Part shown: in pieces, positions 10,889 through 20,439 of the stretch
How the letters are laid out: every line of letters starts with the position of its first letter
Position numbering within the stretch: the stretch's first letter is position 1
Assembly: GCA_019828565.1 (NCBI GenBank)
Contig: JAHDYR010000008.1
Coordinates: 310,001-374,000, forward strand
Source: Carpediemonas membranifera BICM
Taxonomy: Eukaryota; Protista; Fornicata
Direction: 5' to 3'
DNA: 64,000 bases
Program-made: the position numbers and the translations under genes
The notes under the pieces: generated by a model
Told to the model about the DNA's origin: nothing
The model's database searches: none
The model's input: the letters and a program-made list of their open reading frames with translations, nothing else

Positions 10889-11145
10889 TAAAAACAAGAA
10901 ACTAGTTTCTGCTGGAGCGAGAACCAAGATCCCGCCCAGAACCGTCGCTCTTACCATCGCCGACGCCCTCATGTCCGCTACCCTTCTGGTGTACGACAGG
11001 TGGGCCGTCAGACTGAACCTGTGCAGTCCTCTGGAGTTCATCCCAGGGGGGTCGACAGCCTAAGTCACCTTTACATGAATCCTCCACATAAACCCTCTGA
11101 ACACCAGTTCCCACTCACTAAACTGCACTCAAGACGACAACCGCG

Positions 11146-12744
11146 ATGGTCTCGATCACAGGACAGTTTCGAGCCCAAGAAGAACGATACAAGAAACGCA
11201 TAGCAGAATTGAAAGACTGGCTAACGGCGAAGAAGGTAGAAAGCGTCCAAATCGAGGACTACGTAGCTGCAGACCGCTGCAAACGAGCGCTGCTAAAGAT
11301 GGAGGAACTTGGAGACAACCTATTGCGTCTTCATGAGATGAAAGTCTCTGCTACCATCAACGAGGACTACGATTCGGCCCAAGAGATGAGCCTTGCCTCC
11401 CGAGAAATTTCCGACTACTTCTCTCGCCCCAACGAGGAGCTGCTGGTCTCCCTCAGCAAGGTGCAGACCACCCCCATTGTCGATGAACCCGAGCCAGTCC
11501 AGCAGCCTGCCGCCCGGACCCCCACCCCGCCCCCGCCGGTCTTGGACGACAGACAGACCCAGCCCAGCCAAGCGAGGGAGACATACGAGCCCGAGCCTGT
11601 ATACGAGGCAGTACGGGAGCCTACGCCCAAGGTGCCTTCCCGCGGCCCCACGCCAGCCCCAGTCAAGCCAGTAGCCCAGCCTGCCCCGGCAGTGTCTGAC
11701 CCCTTTGCCTCAAAGCGGATCACAGAAGATACCCCGATCATGCCGAAGACGAACCCAGCCTCCATATACGGCCCACATACCGGCACAACCGGCCTCGCCC
11801 ACGACGACATGCCCGTGGGCGGCGGGTCGGGTCCGTCCATCGCAGAATACGCCGAGGACGAGCCCCAGGCGGAGGAGGAGGACGAGGCGCCGCCACCCAT
11901 CCCCACGCGCGAGTCGAACAAAGAGGATGTCATGTTTATGCAGGGTTTCTTCGGCGAGGACTTCGTGCGGCGTCTGCTGTCGGCCAAGCACAGGCTTGGT
12001 CTGGTCGCCCAGATCGTCGAGGCGTTCGAGCTCAGGGTGGTCGATCGCCCAGAAGAGTGTGCCAGGGTGACGTCGTATCTCTTCGCACGACTGCTCAAGG
12101 ACAGCAACGCCAAGATTGTCACCAAGAGCAACGAGGCATTCACCGCAGTGTTGGATCTCCTGATCGAGCACGAGATTGACCTTGGCACACTCCGGCCGGT
12201 CGTGGAAGTGTGCGCGTCTCGCCTTGCCGACCGTCAGAAGATTGCACGCGACACAATGGAGCTGATCCTTGTGGTCCTATCCGGAGTCATCGGAGTCCAC
12301 AATATTTTCCCAATCGTATCAAATCTGAAGAAGACGAAGAATCAAAAGGCTTGGGGCAACCATGCCGTCCTGGTCTACGAGCTGATCAAGGACGTCACCC
12401 TTTCCCTCGACGGCGCCAACAACAGCGTGAGTGTGAAGGTCCTCGATCCCTTCGTGACCCAGCTGCTGACCTCAACAGACCCGGATGCCCGGGCGGCAGC
12501 GATCGATATACTTTGTTTCGTGTATCTCCTGCCCGACCGTAACGCCGTGGTACGTCACATCCAGAGCATGACGAGCAAGGTTACTAACCGGCCACTGCTG
12601 AACACCATTGCGAGTCGGCTGAGCGAGGTGCTGACGTCGATGCCCGACGACACCCCGCCCGACCAGCTCCCGCCGAGCATGGGCGTGGTGGAGCACAGGT
12701 CGGAGAGCGAGGCCAAGGTTTATAAGCTTTGTGTGGTTGGATGA
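11146..12744 (+). CDS. CEP104-like ciliary protein (coiled coil plus TOG/HEAT)
   Basis: Twin K..A/S...EDY..A motifs, Pro-rich linker, HEAT-like helical C-terminus (LLKDSNAKIV...). Confidence 0.6.
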   Translation: MVSITGQFRAQEERYKKRIAELKDWLTAKKVESVQIEDYVAADRCKRALLKMEELGDNLLRLHEMKVSATINEDYDSAQEMSLASREISDYFSRPNEELLVSLSKVQTTPIVDEPEPVQQPAARTPTPPPPVLDDRQTQPSQARETYEPEPVYEAVREPTPKVPSRGPTPAPVKPVAQPAPAVSDPFASKRITEDTPIMPKTNPASIYGPHTGTTGLAHDDMPVGGGSGPSIAEYAEDEPQAEEEDEAPPPIPTRESNKEDVMFMQGFFGEDFVRRLLSAKHRLGLVAQIVEAFELRVVDRPEECARVTSYLFARLLKDSNAKIVTKSNEAFTAVLDLLIEHEIDLGTLRPVVEVCASRLADRQKIARDTMELILVVLSGVIGVHNIFPIVSNLKKTKNQKAWGNHAVLVYELIKDVTLSLDGANNSVSVKVLDPFVTQLLTSTDPDARAAAIDILCFVYLLPDRNAVVRHIQSMTSKVTNRPLLNTIASRLSEVLTSMPDDTPPDQLPPSMGVVEHRSESEAKVYKLCVVG

Positions 12745-12923
12745 GGGGCGGGGGTGCATATTATGGTAAATTGTTTATGTCAACAAAGTGAATGTCGTAA
12801 ACGGCAGACGTCACGAGGATGCTCTTGGGATTGTTACCACAGCCGGGTGGCCGCATGGCCGGAGTGAGTCTGCCTATTGGCACATGTAGGGCTGTGATGG
12901 GGCTGTTTGCCATGTTTTCCATG

Positions 12924-12945
12924 TGAAGTATCATAGAGTGCACAG
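12924..12945. repeat. 22-bp direct repeat flanking Fanzor-like element B (copy 3' of the ORF)
   Basis: tgaagtatcatagagtgcacag, identical to 15333-15354 and 28966-28987. Confidence 0.95.
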
Positions 12946-15332
12946 CACTGCGTCTCTCCACTTCAATTAGCTTGCCCGGAGGCGAAGACTAGCCGCTGGT
13001 TAGCCGTAATTGGTGTATTGGGGTTATAGTTGGGAAGACGGGCTGGATTTCTGAAAGCACTGGCTTGATACTGTGCATCCGTCATGAGGCCGCAATCCAA
13101 GATGTTCTGTGCAGCAGTCTTGTCTCTGTGGGAGAGATTGAGTTAAGTGGTGGTGGTAGGATCGGAATTGAGGCGTTGCTGTCTGTACCATGGAGCACCT
13201 TGACAATTCGGGTTGTGGCATCGCATCGTGCGCCTCGTGTAGCGAGTTCTACGGAACCTCGCGCGGCAGAGGGGGCAGACGAGTGAGGTTCAGAACTTGT
13301 TAGTCATCCGCACTTCAGCAGTGATGTTGAAAGCTCTCATGATGTGTGCTAGTAAGGTAGCAAAGCGACCATACGGCGCGCATGGATGCACCCGACGGGG
13401 CGTCTTGAATCTAGCGCTTCCGTAGAAGACAACCAGCCTGGTGGGGGCTGCCCGGGGAGGGGCAATACTGCGAGGGAGTCGCCGAGGAGTCCATCCTAGG
13501 GTGCGAGCAAGCTGCTCCCCAGCTCTGTGGAAGTGCTTTGGACGCAAGATGTGGTTCGTCAGGCGCACTCTGCGGAAGCTCTTGACCATCCCAGCGTCGA
13601 ATATTTCCTGCTCGTGGAGGAGCACAAACCTAATCGAGTTTTGTAGACTATCTAGATTTGTACTTTTGAATGACGCAGGAGTCATATCGAACGCGAAGCT
13701 GGGGGTCTTGGTGTACCCACACTTCGGGACCACACCGGAGCTGGTGGTGCCATCTGGGTGGCGGATGAAGAATCCACCCAGAGCCCGAGCAACCGGGTCG
13801 AAACCCATGAGGTGGGCATCGGGGTCTGGCGCGGGGCGAGCATCTGCGTCATCCACACCCAGACGCTCCCGAGCCTTTCGCTTCATCGTCGGGTTGCCAC
13901 TGGCACGTCTGTTGACGTATGGCAGAGCACCAACTTGGACCGTGAGGTCCACGGCGACCCCATCTGTCTTGACAGACAGCACCCGACGGATGTTCGGAGG
14001 AAGAGCCTCCAGCTGCTCTCGCGTCATGCGCTCAGTGGCGTGATGCTCCGGGTCGACCCCAAATTGGGCAAGCCAAGCCGGGTTCAGCACGTTGAGAGAA
14101 CAGGGAACGTGCATGAACCCGGGGCGGACCGGAGCCATCGGGACAAGCGGAACAAGTTTGGGGCCCGCCAGCGGCTTGTCACCCGGAAGAGGTGGATGGG
14201 CGGTGTTGAATGCCGCAACCATATCCGTGAGCTCTCCCAGAGCCGCGGAGATCCGCCAGACGCAGGGCAGCGTGAGTAGAACGCCCTCGTCGACTCGTCC
14301 CGGAGTTGAGATCTTTGCAAGGTGCTCATCAACGATCGCCTTGACAGCGCGTTGTTCGGTGCGCAACCGGGTGATGTCGTCCCGGGGCACGTCTGGATCA
14401 CGCTGAGTCAGGGCAGTGTCGACCCGAGTGATGATCTTCGCCAGGCGCCAGCAGTAACCTTCAAGGGCATTGACGAGCGACAGCTTGGTGCTCGTGGCAT
14501 ATTCGCCCAGCCACACGTCGAACTCGCGAGGGCACTGTTGACGAGCTGCCCTGAAGGCGGTGCAGAGGCGGATGATGAACTCGTCATGCCACAGTGGCAT
14601 CTCGGCTATTGAGGTGACAACCTGCCGAACTGCGGCGTATTTTTTCGCGCCCAGGAAGCGGTCGACGAGTGAGTCGGCGGCGAGGTTTCGGTACTCTCCA
14701 CTTCGTCGGTAGGCGACGATAACGATGGCCTGGTGCAGAGCCTGGTCATGCACGGGCAAGGAGAGATTGGCGTGGTGGCAACACGCGGCGATGTATGACA
14801 GAAGGCAAGTGTGAAAGTACTTGGCCTTCGTGAACGAGCAGAGCCTGTTCTCCAATCCGGCGTAGAAGTCCGCGATGAAAGGAATCACGTTTCTACGGTT
14901 ATGGAGAACGGAGGATATGGAGAACTTGACCGTATAGATGCTGGTCATGCGAAGCTCTGCGTTTTGCGGTGAATGAACCGATCACTTGTTAACAACACAC
15001 ATCAAAGACGACAGACGTTTAATGAACGAGACTATGCAGTGATAATGGCGAGAATTAGAAGAACTGAAGTGTTTTATCTTCAGGCAGCGGCATAGAAGAG
15101 CCCGCTGTGCGATGGAAGGCCATGGTGATGATTGCAAGGACGTCATGATCAAGACCCCGAAATCCGACAAGCGGAAGAGAGCGGATGGAAGTAAGATGGG
15201 GTAGACGATAGGTGGGAAGCTAGTTGCTTGGCGAGAGGACTGGAGAAGCACTGATTGATGACCCCCGACGATGATGACTGACTATCGAAATATCACTCTC
15301 AAGAAGAAGGAAGGGAGAGCGGGAAGGGGTAA
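12946..15332 (-). mobile_element. Fanzor1/TnpB-like element B, about 2.39 kb
   Basis: A single long nuclease reading frame plus a pyrimidine-rich 5' leader, bounded by 22-bp direct repeats; the empty target is seen at 28963-29028. Confidence 0.85.
12963..14948 (-). pseudogene. Fanzor1-like nuclease B, 661 codons, two in-frame stops
   Basis: SVKTDGVAV; MGFDPV (D at 13797-13799); VFYGSARF; TNKF*TSLVCPLC (catalytic E replaced by K, TGA at 13290-13292); CHNPNC; TAA at 13143-13145; HRDKTAAQNI; final TGA at 12963-12965. Colinear with element A. Confidence 0.88.
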
Positions 15333-15395
15333 TGAAGTATCATAGAGTGCACAGTGCAAGCAGTAAAGTAAGACTCTTGTTGTATCGAGTCCTCA
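15333..15395. repeat. Dispersed ~65-bp repeat; its first 22 bp are the direct repeat of element B
   Basis: 15333-15389 is identical to 28966-29022 (57 bp), followed by one mismatch and cctca. Confidence 0.95.
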
Positions 15396-15434
15396 CCATG
15401 ATCGATCGCAGGATAGTGGCAGTGAAGTTTGGGC

Positions 15435-16871
15435 ATGAGCGAGGACGACGACGATCTCTTCGCGAAGCTCATACACAGTGTGGATGACGAGGAGTTGAGC
15501 TTTATAGACGACTATGACGATGTCGGTGGCTACTACAATATTTCCGAACGAATGCTCCCGCCAGTTGATCCTTTCTTTGCTGCGGGGACATTTCCGAACG
15601 CAGAGCCCCTTGGACATGATCAAGCCCATTCATTTTTCCAATCCAATCCGCCACAGTTGCCATCTCCCTCCTTCAGGATGGACTTTGGCGCGCCATCTTG
15701 GAGCCCCGCGAGCTCCGCCCCCGTGCCGCCGTCCGAGCCGGATCCGGCACCTGCTCAGCCTGCAGACAAGCCACCTACAGACTCGAAGCCGAAGGATCCC
15801 GCCCCTGCAACAAGGGAGAGGTCGAAGTCCCACTCCAAGCCCAGGGCCCCGTCGACCCAGACCAGCCCGGCCTCGTTCGCATACGAGGACCCTGACCTCA
15901 CGATGCCAGACATCCCCAAGCTCGACATAGCGACGTATACTCCTGGTCTGGGCAAGAAGCAGGTGTCCAGGTTGAGGAGACGGCGCCATGACCGAGACGA
16001 TACGCCGGCCAAGGGCAAGGAGAGCAACGTAGAGGCCAACGATAGACCCACCCCGCCCGCTGTGGCGACGTCTATCCCCATTGCCGAGCTGAGCCTTGAG
16101 TTCCCCCTCTGTCTTGGGGCGTTCAGACGGCTGCTGGAGGTACTGTTCGTGGGGGCCGGTGCGGGTCTGCTAATCGGCTCACAGATACTCTCGACGCTCA
16201 TGGACGTCCACCGCAGCGCCCTCCGTGGGCTTATAGTGCACTGGGTCCATGTGACGAGCCTGCTTGCCCTAGCTCTCGGCCTGCCCGTTCTAGTGAGGCT
16301 GGACGAGGCGCTGCTGCCCCTAGTCCTGCTGTACATCAGCGTCTTCACCCTCTGCCCCACCGCGGCCCCGCTGACGGGTCGGACCGTTCTCACCAACATC
16401 CGACACCGCTGGCTTTATCTCACAGTCACCCTCGCGGTCATAGGCGTGCTTAGGACACCTCTCATCACCTGGCTGGGCCTAGTGGCCGAGTTCAACGCTC
16501 CCCTGCGAATGTGCACGGCGTACATGGTGCTCATTTTCCACACGGGCCTGACGTTCTGCATGCCAGTCGTGATCCACTGGCTCATCGTCTCGGTCCTATC
16601 CATCCTGGGAGGCGGGTCGACCCTCGTGCTGTACGTGGTCGCCCTCACCATAGTCATCTCATCCACCAGCGCCGCCTTCTGTGCTGCTGAGGGGTCTATT
16701 GTCGGCCCGGCTCTCCCCAAGGGAGCCAAGCTGGACCCCGGGAAACCAGGGGTGGCACTGGCTATGTCGGGGGACCTTACCAAGAAGGCAGAGGTCGAGG
16801 CCACTGTGCATGTGACCAAGAGGAAGAGGCCGCCCTCTCTCAAGCCGAGGCGTGGTCGGCGGGGCCGGTGA
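15435..16871 (+). CDS. Hypothetical multi-pass membrane protein with disordered N-terminus
   Basis: Long ORF; Pro/Ser-rich N-half and 6-7 hydrophobic segments. Confidence 0.75.
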   Translation: MSEDDDDLFAKLIHSVDDEELSFIDDYDDVGGYYNISERMLPPVDPFFAAGTFPNAEPLGHDQAHSFFQSNPPQLPSPSFRMDFGAPSWSPASSAPVPPSEPDPAPAQPADKPPTDSKPKDPAPATRERSKSHSKPRAPSTQTSPASFAYEDPDLTMPDIPKLDIATYTPGLGKKQVSRLRRRRHDRDDTPAKGKESNVEANDRPTPPAVATSIPIAELSLEFPLCLGAFRRLLEVLFVGAGAGLLIGSQILSTLMDVHRSALRGLIVHWVHVTSLLALALGLPVLVRLDEALLPLVLLYISVFTLCPTAAPLTGRTVLTNIRHRWLYLTVTLAVIGVLRTPLITWLGLVAEFNAPLRMCTAYMVLIFHTGLTFCMPVVIHWLIVSVLSILGGGSTLVLYVVALTIVISSTSAAFCAAEGSIVGPALPKGAKLDPGKPGVALAMSGDLTKKAEVEATVHVTKRKRPPSLKPRRGRRGR

Positions 16872-17047
16872 GTCTGTACTAAATATCTCTCGCGGTGTCG
16901 GTAATGAGGGAGTGCGGTAGGATACACGCGCTACTGGTTATCGTCAGTCGCCCAGCGGCCATGGTATCCCTGATATCTGGCAGAACCTGGAAATTTTGCA
17001 AATTCCCAACTGTGCATTTTAGGAAACGGGTGAACGATATTTGCCCA

Positions 17048-18256
17048 ATGAGCGAGACTGATAGCCATCCTCGGGTAGAAAATGAGCAGTCTTCGGACCA
17101 TCCTCGTGCTGAGATTGAGCAATACCTGGAGCAGTACAACGTAGAGCGGATCTTCCAGACGCTGGTGGCCAAGGTCATCGAGAACAGGCCCCAGAACGTA
17201 GTATCATTCCTTCTTGATCAGCTCAACGAGCTTTTCATGTCTGAGCTGATTGAGGACGGTAACAAATCCGATGAAAACGAAGACGTCGACGTTGTTGGCG
17301 CCACTACACACAAGCCGCGTCCCCGTCAGCGCCGTGGCGCCGTCTCAGGCCCCACCCGCACGAAGGACGACGATGAAGAGACCAAGACCCGCGAGAAGGT
17401 GCCTAAGTCCGACGAGCAGATGCAGATGATCGACAAGGCCCTCATGCGGAACTGCCTCTCCTCCTTCCTCGATGCCGAGCAGCGCCAGGAGGTCGCCGAG
17501 TACATGCACATGGTCGAGGCCGCCGAGGACGAGGTCATCATCCGCCAGGGTGAGTTCGGCGACACGTTCTACATTTTGGAGTCTGGCGAGTGCGAGATCT
17601 TCGTCGCTAAGAAGTCCGAGGAGACGACCGCGGAGGACTCCGAGTCTGAGCTCGACCCCGACGCCGAGGAGATGCCCGAGCCCGCTGCCGGCCAGCCCGC
17701 CGACTTCGGTACGATGGTCTACCGCCCCGTGCCTGGCGACTCTTTCGGCGAGCTCGCATTGATGTATGCCGCCCCTAGAGCTGCCACGATCGTAGCAAAG
17801 ACGCCGTGCCGACTCTGGGCGATCGAGGGCCACATGTACCAGGCGATGGTGCAGGACACTGTCAAGGAGCGCCGGTCGAAGTACGAGGGCTTCCTTGGTC
17901 AGGTCCCCGTGCTCTCCAACCTCACCCCGTCCGAGCGGTCGACCATATCAGACGCCCTGGTCTCCGTGGAGTACGGCGAGGGCGACGTGATCATCAGGGA
18001 GGGCGAGGTCGGCGACGCTTTCTACTTTATCGAGCGCGGCACAGTCGAGGTGTCCCGGACCATGGATGGTGAGGCCCAGGTCCTCGCACAGCTCGAGGAG
18101 AACAACTTCTTCGGTGAGGCTGCGCTGATCTCGCAGCAGCCGAGGAATGCGACCGTAACTGCTGTGACTGCGGTGAAGTGCGTGTCGCTCGACAGGTCCT
18201 CGTTCTACAGGCTCCTCGGGCCCATCCAGAACATCATCACGCGGAAGTGCTTCTAG
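17048..18256 (+). CDS. PKAR: cAMP-dependent protein kinase regulatory subunit
   Basis: N-terminal D/D domain, RRGAV pseudosubstrate, two CNB cassettes (FGELALMYAAPRAAT, FGEAALISQQPRNAT). Confidence 0.95.
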   Translation: MSETDSHPRVENEQSSDHPRAEIEQYLEQYNVERIFQTLVAKVIENRPQNVVSFLLDQLNELFMSELIEDGNKSDENEDVDVVGATTHKPRPRQRRGAVSGPTRTKDDDEETKTREKVPKSDEQMQMIDKALMRNCLSSFLDAEQRQEVAEYMHMVEAAEDEVIIRQGEFGDTFYILESGECEIFVAKKSEETTAEDSESELDPDAEEMPEPAAGQPADFGTMVYRPVPGDSFGELALMYAAPRAATIVAKTPCRLWAIEGHMYQAMVQDTVKERRSKYEGFLGQVPVLSNLTPSERSTISDALVSVEYGEGDVIIREGEVGDAFYFIERGTVEVSRTMDGEAQVLAQLEENNFFGEAALISQQPRNATVTAVTAVKCVSLDRSSFYRLLGPIQNIITRKCF

Positions 18257-18594
18257 GGGTATAAAATATTAAGACGCAGTTGTTGTTTAATGGTGAGGAT
18301 CACGGGTTAAAGTGCGTGACCAGACGAACCCAGGAGTAATCGAGGAGGCTAAACCATCAGTGTCAGTGAGGTCTATGCCTACAACTCAGCCACTACTGGC
18401 CAAACCCTGCTGATGGCCATCGATTCAGGTCGATTTCGACTAGCCTTAACATGCACCTTGTTCGATCAGCCCAAGTATGCCGAGCCTCGCAACACTGCTC
18501 GATTCTGAGCGCTGTCCGTGGCCCACACTCATTGCAACATATCTTACCGTTCGTTCCATGCGCATATCTTACTCAGTACTTCCTCATCGTGGTA

Positions 18595-20298
18595 ATGGGC
18601 ACAGTTGCAGATGTTTTCGGAAAGATACTGGCCTTTATAACATTTAACCGCCCCAATAAGAACTATGCGTCACTGTTCTCCAACTTTGATCGCTTTTTCC
18701 ACTACCGCATCTACTTCCGTGGTGTCCACTGCTTCAATCACCCCATCCGCTCCGCCCCAGGCGCCTGGATCGACGTTGTGAAGCGTGCCTCCAAGGACCA
18801 CTTCAAGACGTGGTACTGCACTGACGAGACGTACCGTGCGCTGAACTTTGGCTCGTACAACTACCTCGGCTTTGCCTCGGGGAAGGCCAACGCTCAGAAC
18901 GAGGCCAAGGTCGTTGAATCCTTCAGCAACTTCGGCATAACGATGGCCTCGCCCCGTGCCAACTCGGGCTACAGCCACCTGCACGCCGAGCTCGAGCAGA
19001 CGATGGCGGACTTCATCCACAAGGAGGCGGCCATCATATTCGCCATGGGGTTCGCCACCAACAGCACCACGATCCCCGCCCTCGTCGGACCCGACGGCCT
19101 TATCATTTCGGACTCTCTGAACCACGCTTCGATCGTCGTCGGCGGGCGGGCGTCGGTGGGACACAAGAAGGTCTTCAGACACGACGACATGGCGCACCTG
19201 GAGAAGACTGTGCGCAACGCCATCCTCAACGGCATGCCCCGCACCCACAACCACTGGAGCAAGATCGTCATCGTCGTCGAGGGCATCTACTCTATGGAGG
19301 GCGGCATATGCAACCTCCCCGAGATTGTCCGCATCGCCAAGCAGTACGGCTGCTACCTCTACGTCGACGAGGCCCACTCCATCGGTGCCCTCGGCCACCA
19401 TGCGGGCGGTGTGTGCGACTTTTACGACGACCGCTTTGCCCTGCTCGACTGGGCCGACGCCCACCTCCTCTCCGTGCCCGGTAAGAAGGAGAAGGCCTGG
19501 ACCACGCCCTCTCTGTGGGGCAGCGTCTTCCACGGTCGCCAGCCCGACCTCGAGGACCTTCGCCAGCTCCATGACGACCACGTGAGGTTCGCCGGGACCC
19601 GCAAGGCCCTCCACGGCATGCTCGGGCCGCAGTTCTCGTTCTTCGACCAGGTGGACGTTCTCATGGGCACGTACACCAAGTCCTTTGCCTCTGTCGGCGG
19701 CTACATCGCCGGCAGCGCCGACCTCATCGACTACCTCCGCCGCGAGACGTTCGGCGCCGTCTCCGCTGAGCCCATGGCCCCCGGCTGCGTCTGCCAGATC
19801 AAGAGCGTCATCGACTCTTTCACCCCCGCCAAGGGGGCGCCCCGTGAGTCGGCCAACGGGCTCGTCCAGGTCGACCGGCTCGCCCGGAACACGCAGATCT
19901 TCCGCCGCTTCCTCTACGACCACGGCTTCCAGATCATGGGGGACCACCACTCGCCCGTCGTCCCCATGCTCTTGTACGCCCCCAACAAGATCCCTGCATT
20001 CTTCCAGGAGGCGATCAACAGAGGCATCGCTACTGTGGTCGTGGCCTACCCCGCGTGCTCCCTTATCGCGTCCCGGGTGCGGTTCTGCCTGTCCGCAGCC
20101 ATGACGGAGGAGGACATCGCATGGGCCCTGGAGCACATCGACGAGCTCGGTGACGTGTGCAGTCTCAAGTACGACCGGAAGAAGGTCAGGAAGGAGCTCA
20201 AGGCGAGGGCGAGGGCTGATGCGGAGGGTTCTCGGTTCAATGATGGGTACGACGACGAGACCGAGACGGCCCCGGTCACCGACGATGAGAGCGACTAA
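18595..20298 (+). CDS. LCB2: Serine palmitoyltransferase catalytic subunit
   Basis: NFGSYNYLGFA, MGFATN, SDSLNHAS, EGIYSMEG, DEAHSIGA, MGTYTKSF (PLP lysine); start uncertain. Confidence 0.93.
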   Translation: MGTVADVFGKILAFITFNRPNKNYASLFSNFDRFFHYRIYFRGVHCFNHPIRSAPGAWIDVVKRASKDHFKTWYCTDETYRALNFGSYNYLGFASGKANAQNEAKVVESFSNFGITMASPRANSGYSHLHAELEQTMADFIHKEAAIIFAMGFATNSTTIPALVGPDGLIISDSLNHASIVVGGRASVGHKKVFRHDDMAHLEKTVRNAILNGMPRTHNHWSKIVIVVEGIYSMEGGICNLPEIVRIAKQYGCYLYVDEAHSIGALGHHAGGVCDFYDDRFALLDWADAHLLSVPGKKEKAWTTPSLWGSVFHGRQPDLEDLRQLHDDHVRFAGTRKALHGMLGPQFSFFDQVDVLMGTYTKSFASVGGYIAGSADLIDYLRRETFGAVSAEPMAPGCVCQIKSVIDSFTPAKGAPRESANGLVQVDRLARNTQIFRRFLYDHGFQIMGDHHSPVVPMLLYAPNKIPAFFQEAINRGIATVVVAYPACSLIASRVRFCLSAAMTEEDIAWALEHIDELGDVCSLKYDRKKVRKELKARARADAEGSRFNDGYDDETETAPVTDDESD

Positions 20299-20439
20299 AC
20301 TGCCATATACGGTGATGTTTGAGTGTTTATGGGTGTATGTGCCGAGCCTTTGATGCTGCCTGATGCTGGTAAATCTAGAGTCGATTCGAGTCGAGCACCC
20401 CAAATCAGGTACTTCCCTGATAGGAAAGACACAAGGAAA

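Noticed and set aside
13143-13292. In-frame TAA/TGA in nuclease B as evidence of a non-standard genetic code or selenocysteine
   Set aside because: Housekeeping genes here end properly in TAA (BZW, GET4, CCT3), TAG (PKA-R, PK) and TGA; the TGA aligns with Arg in paralogue A, so these are ordinary nonsense mutations
9471-15395. CRISPR array interpretation of the 22-30-bp repeats near RuvC genes
   Set aside because: The repeats are kilobases apart, only 2-3 copies each, with no regular spacers and no cas genes
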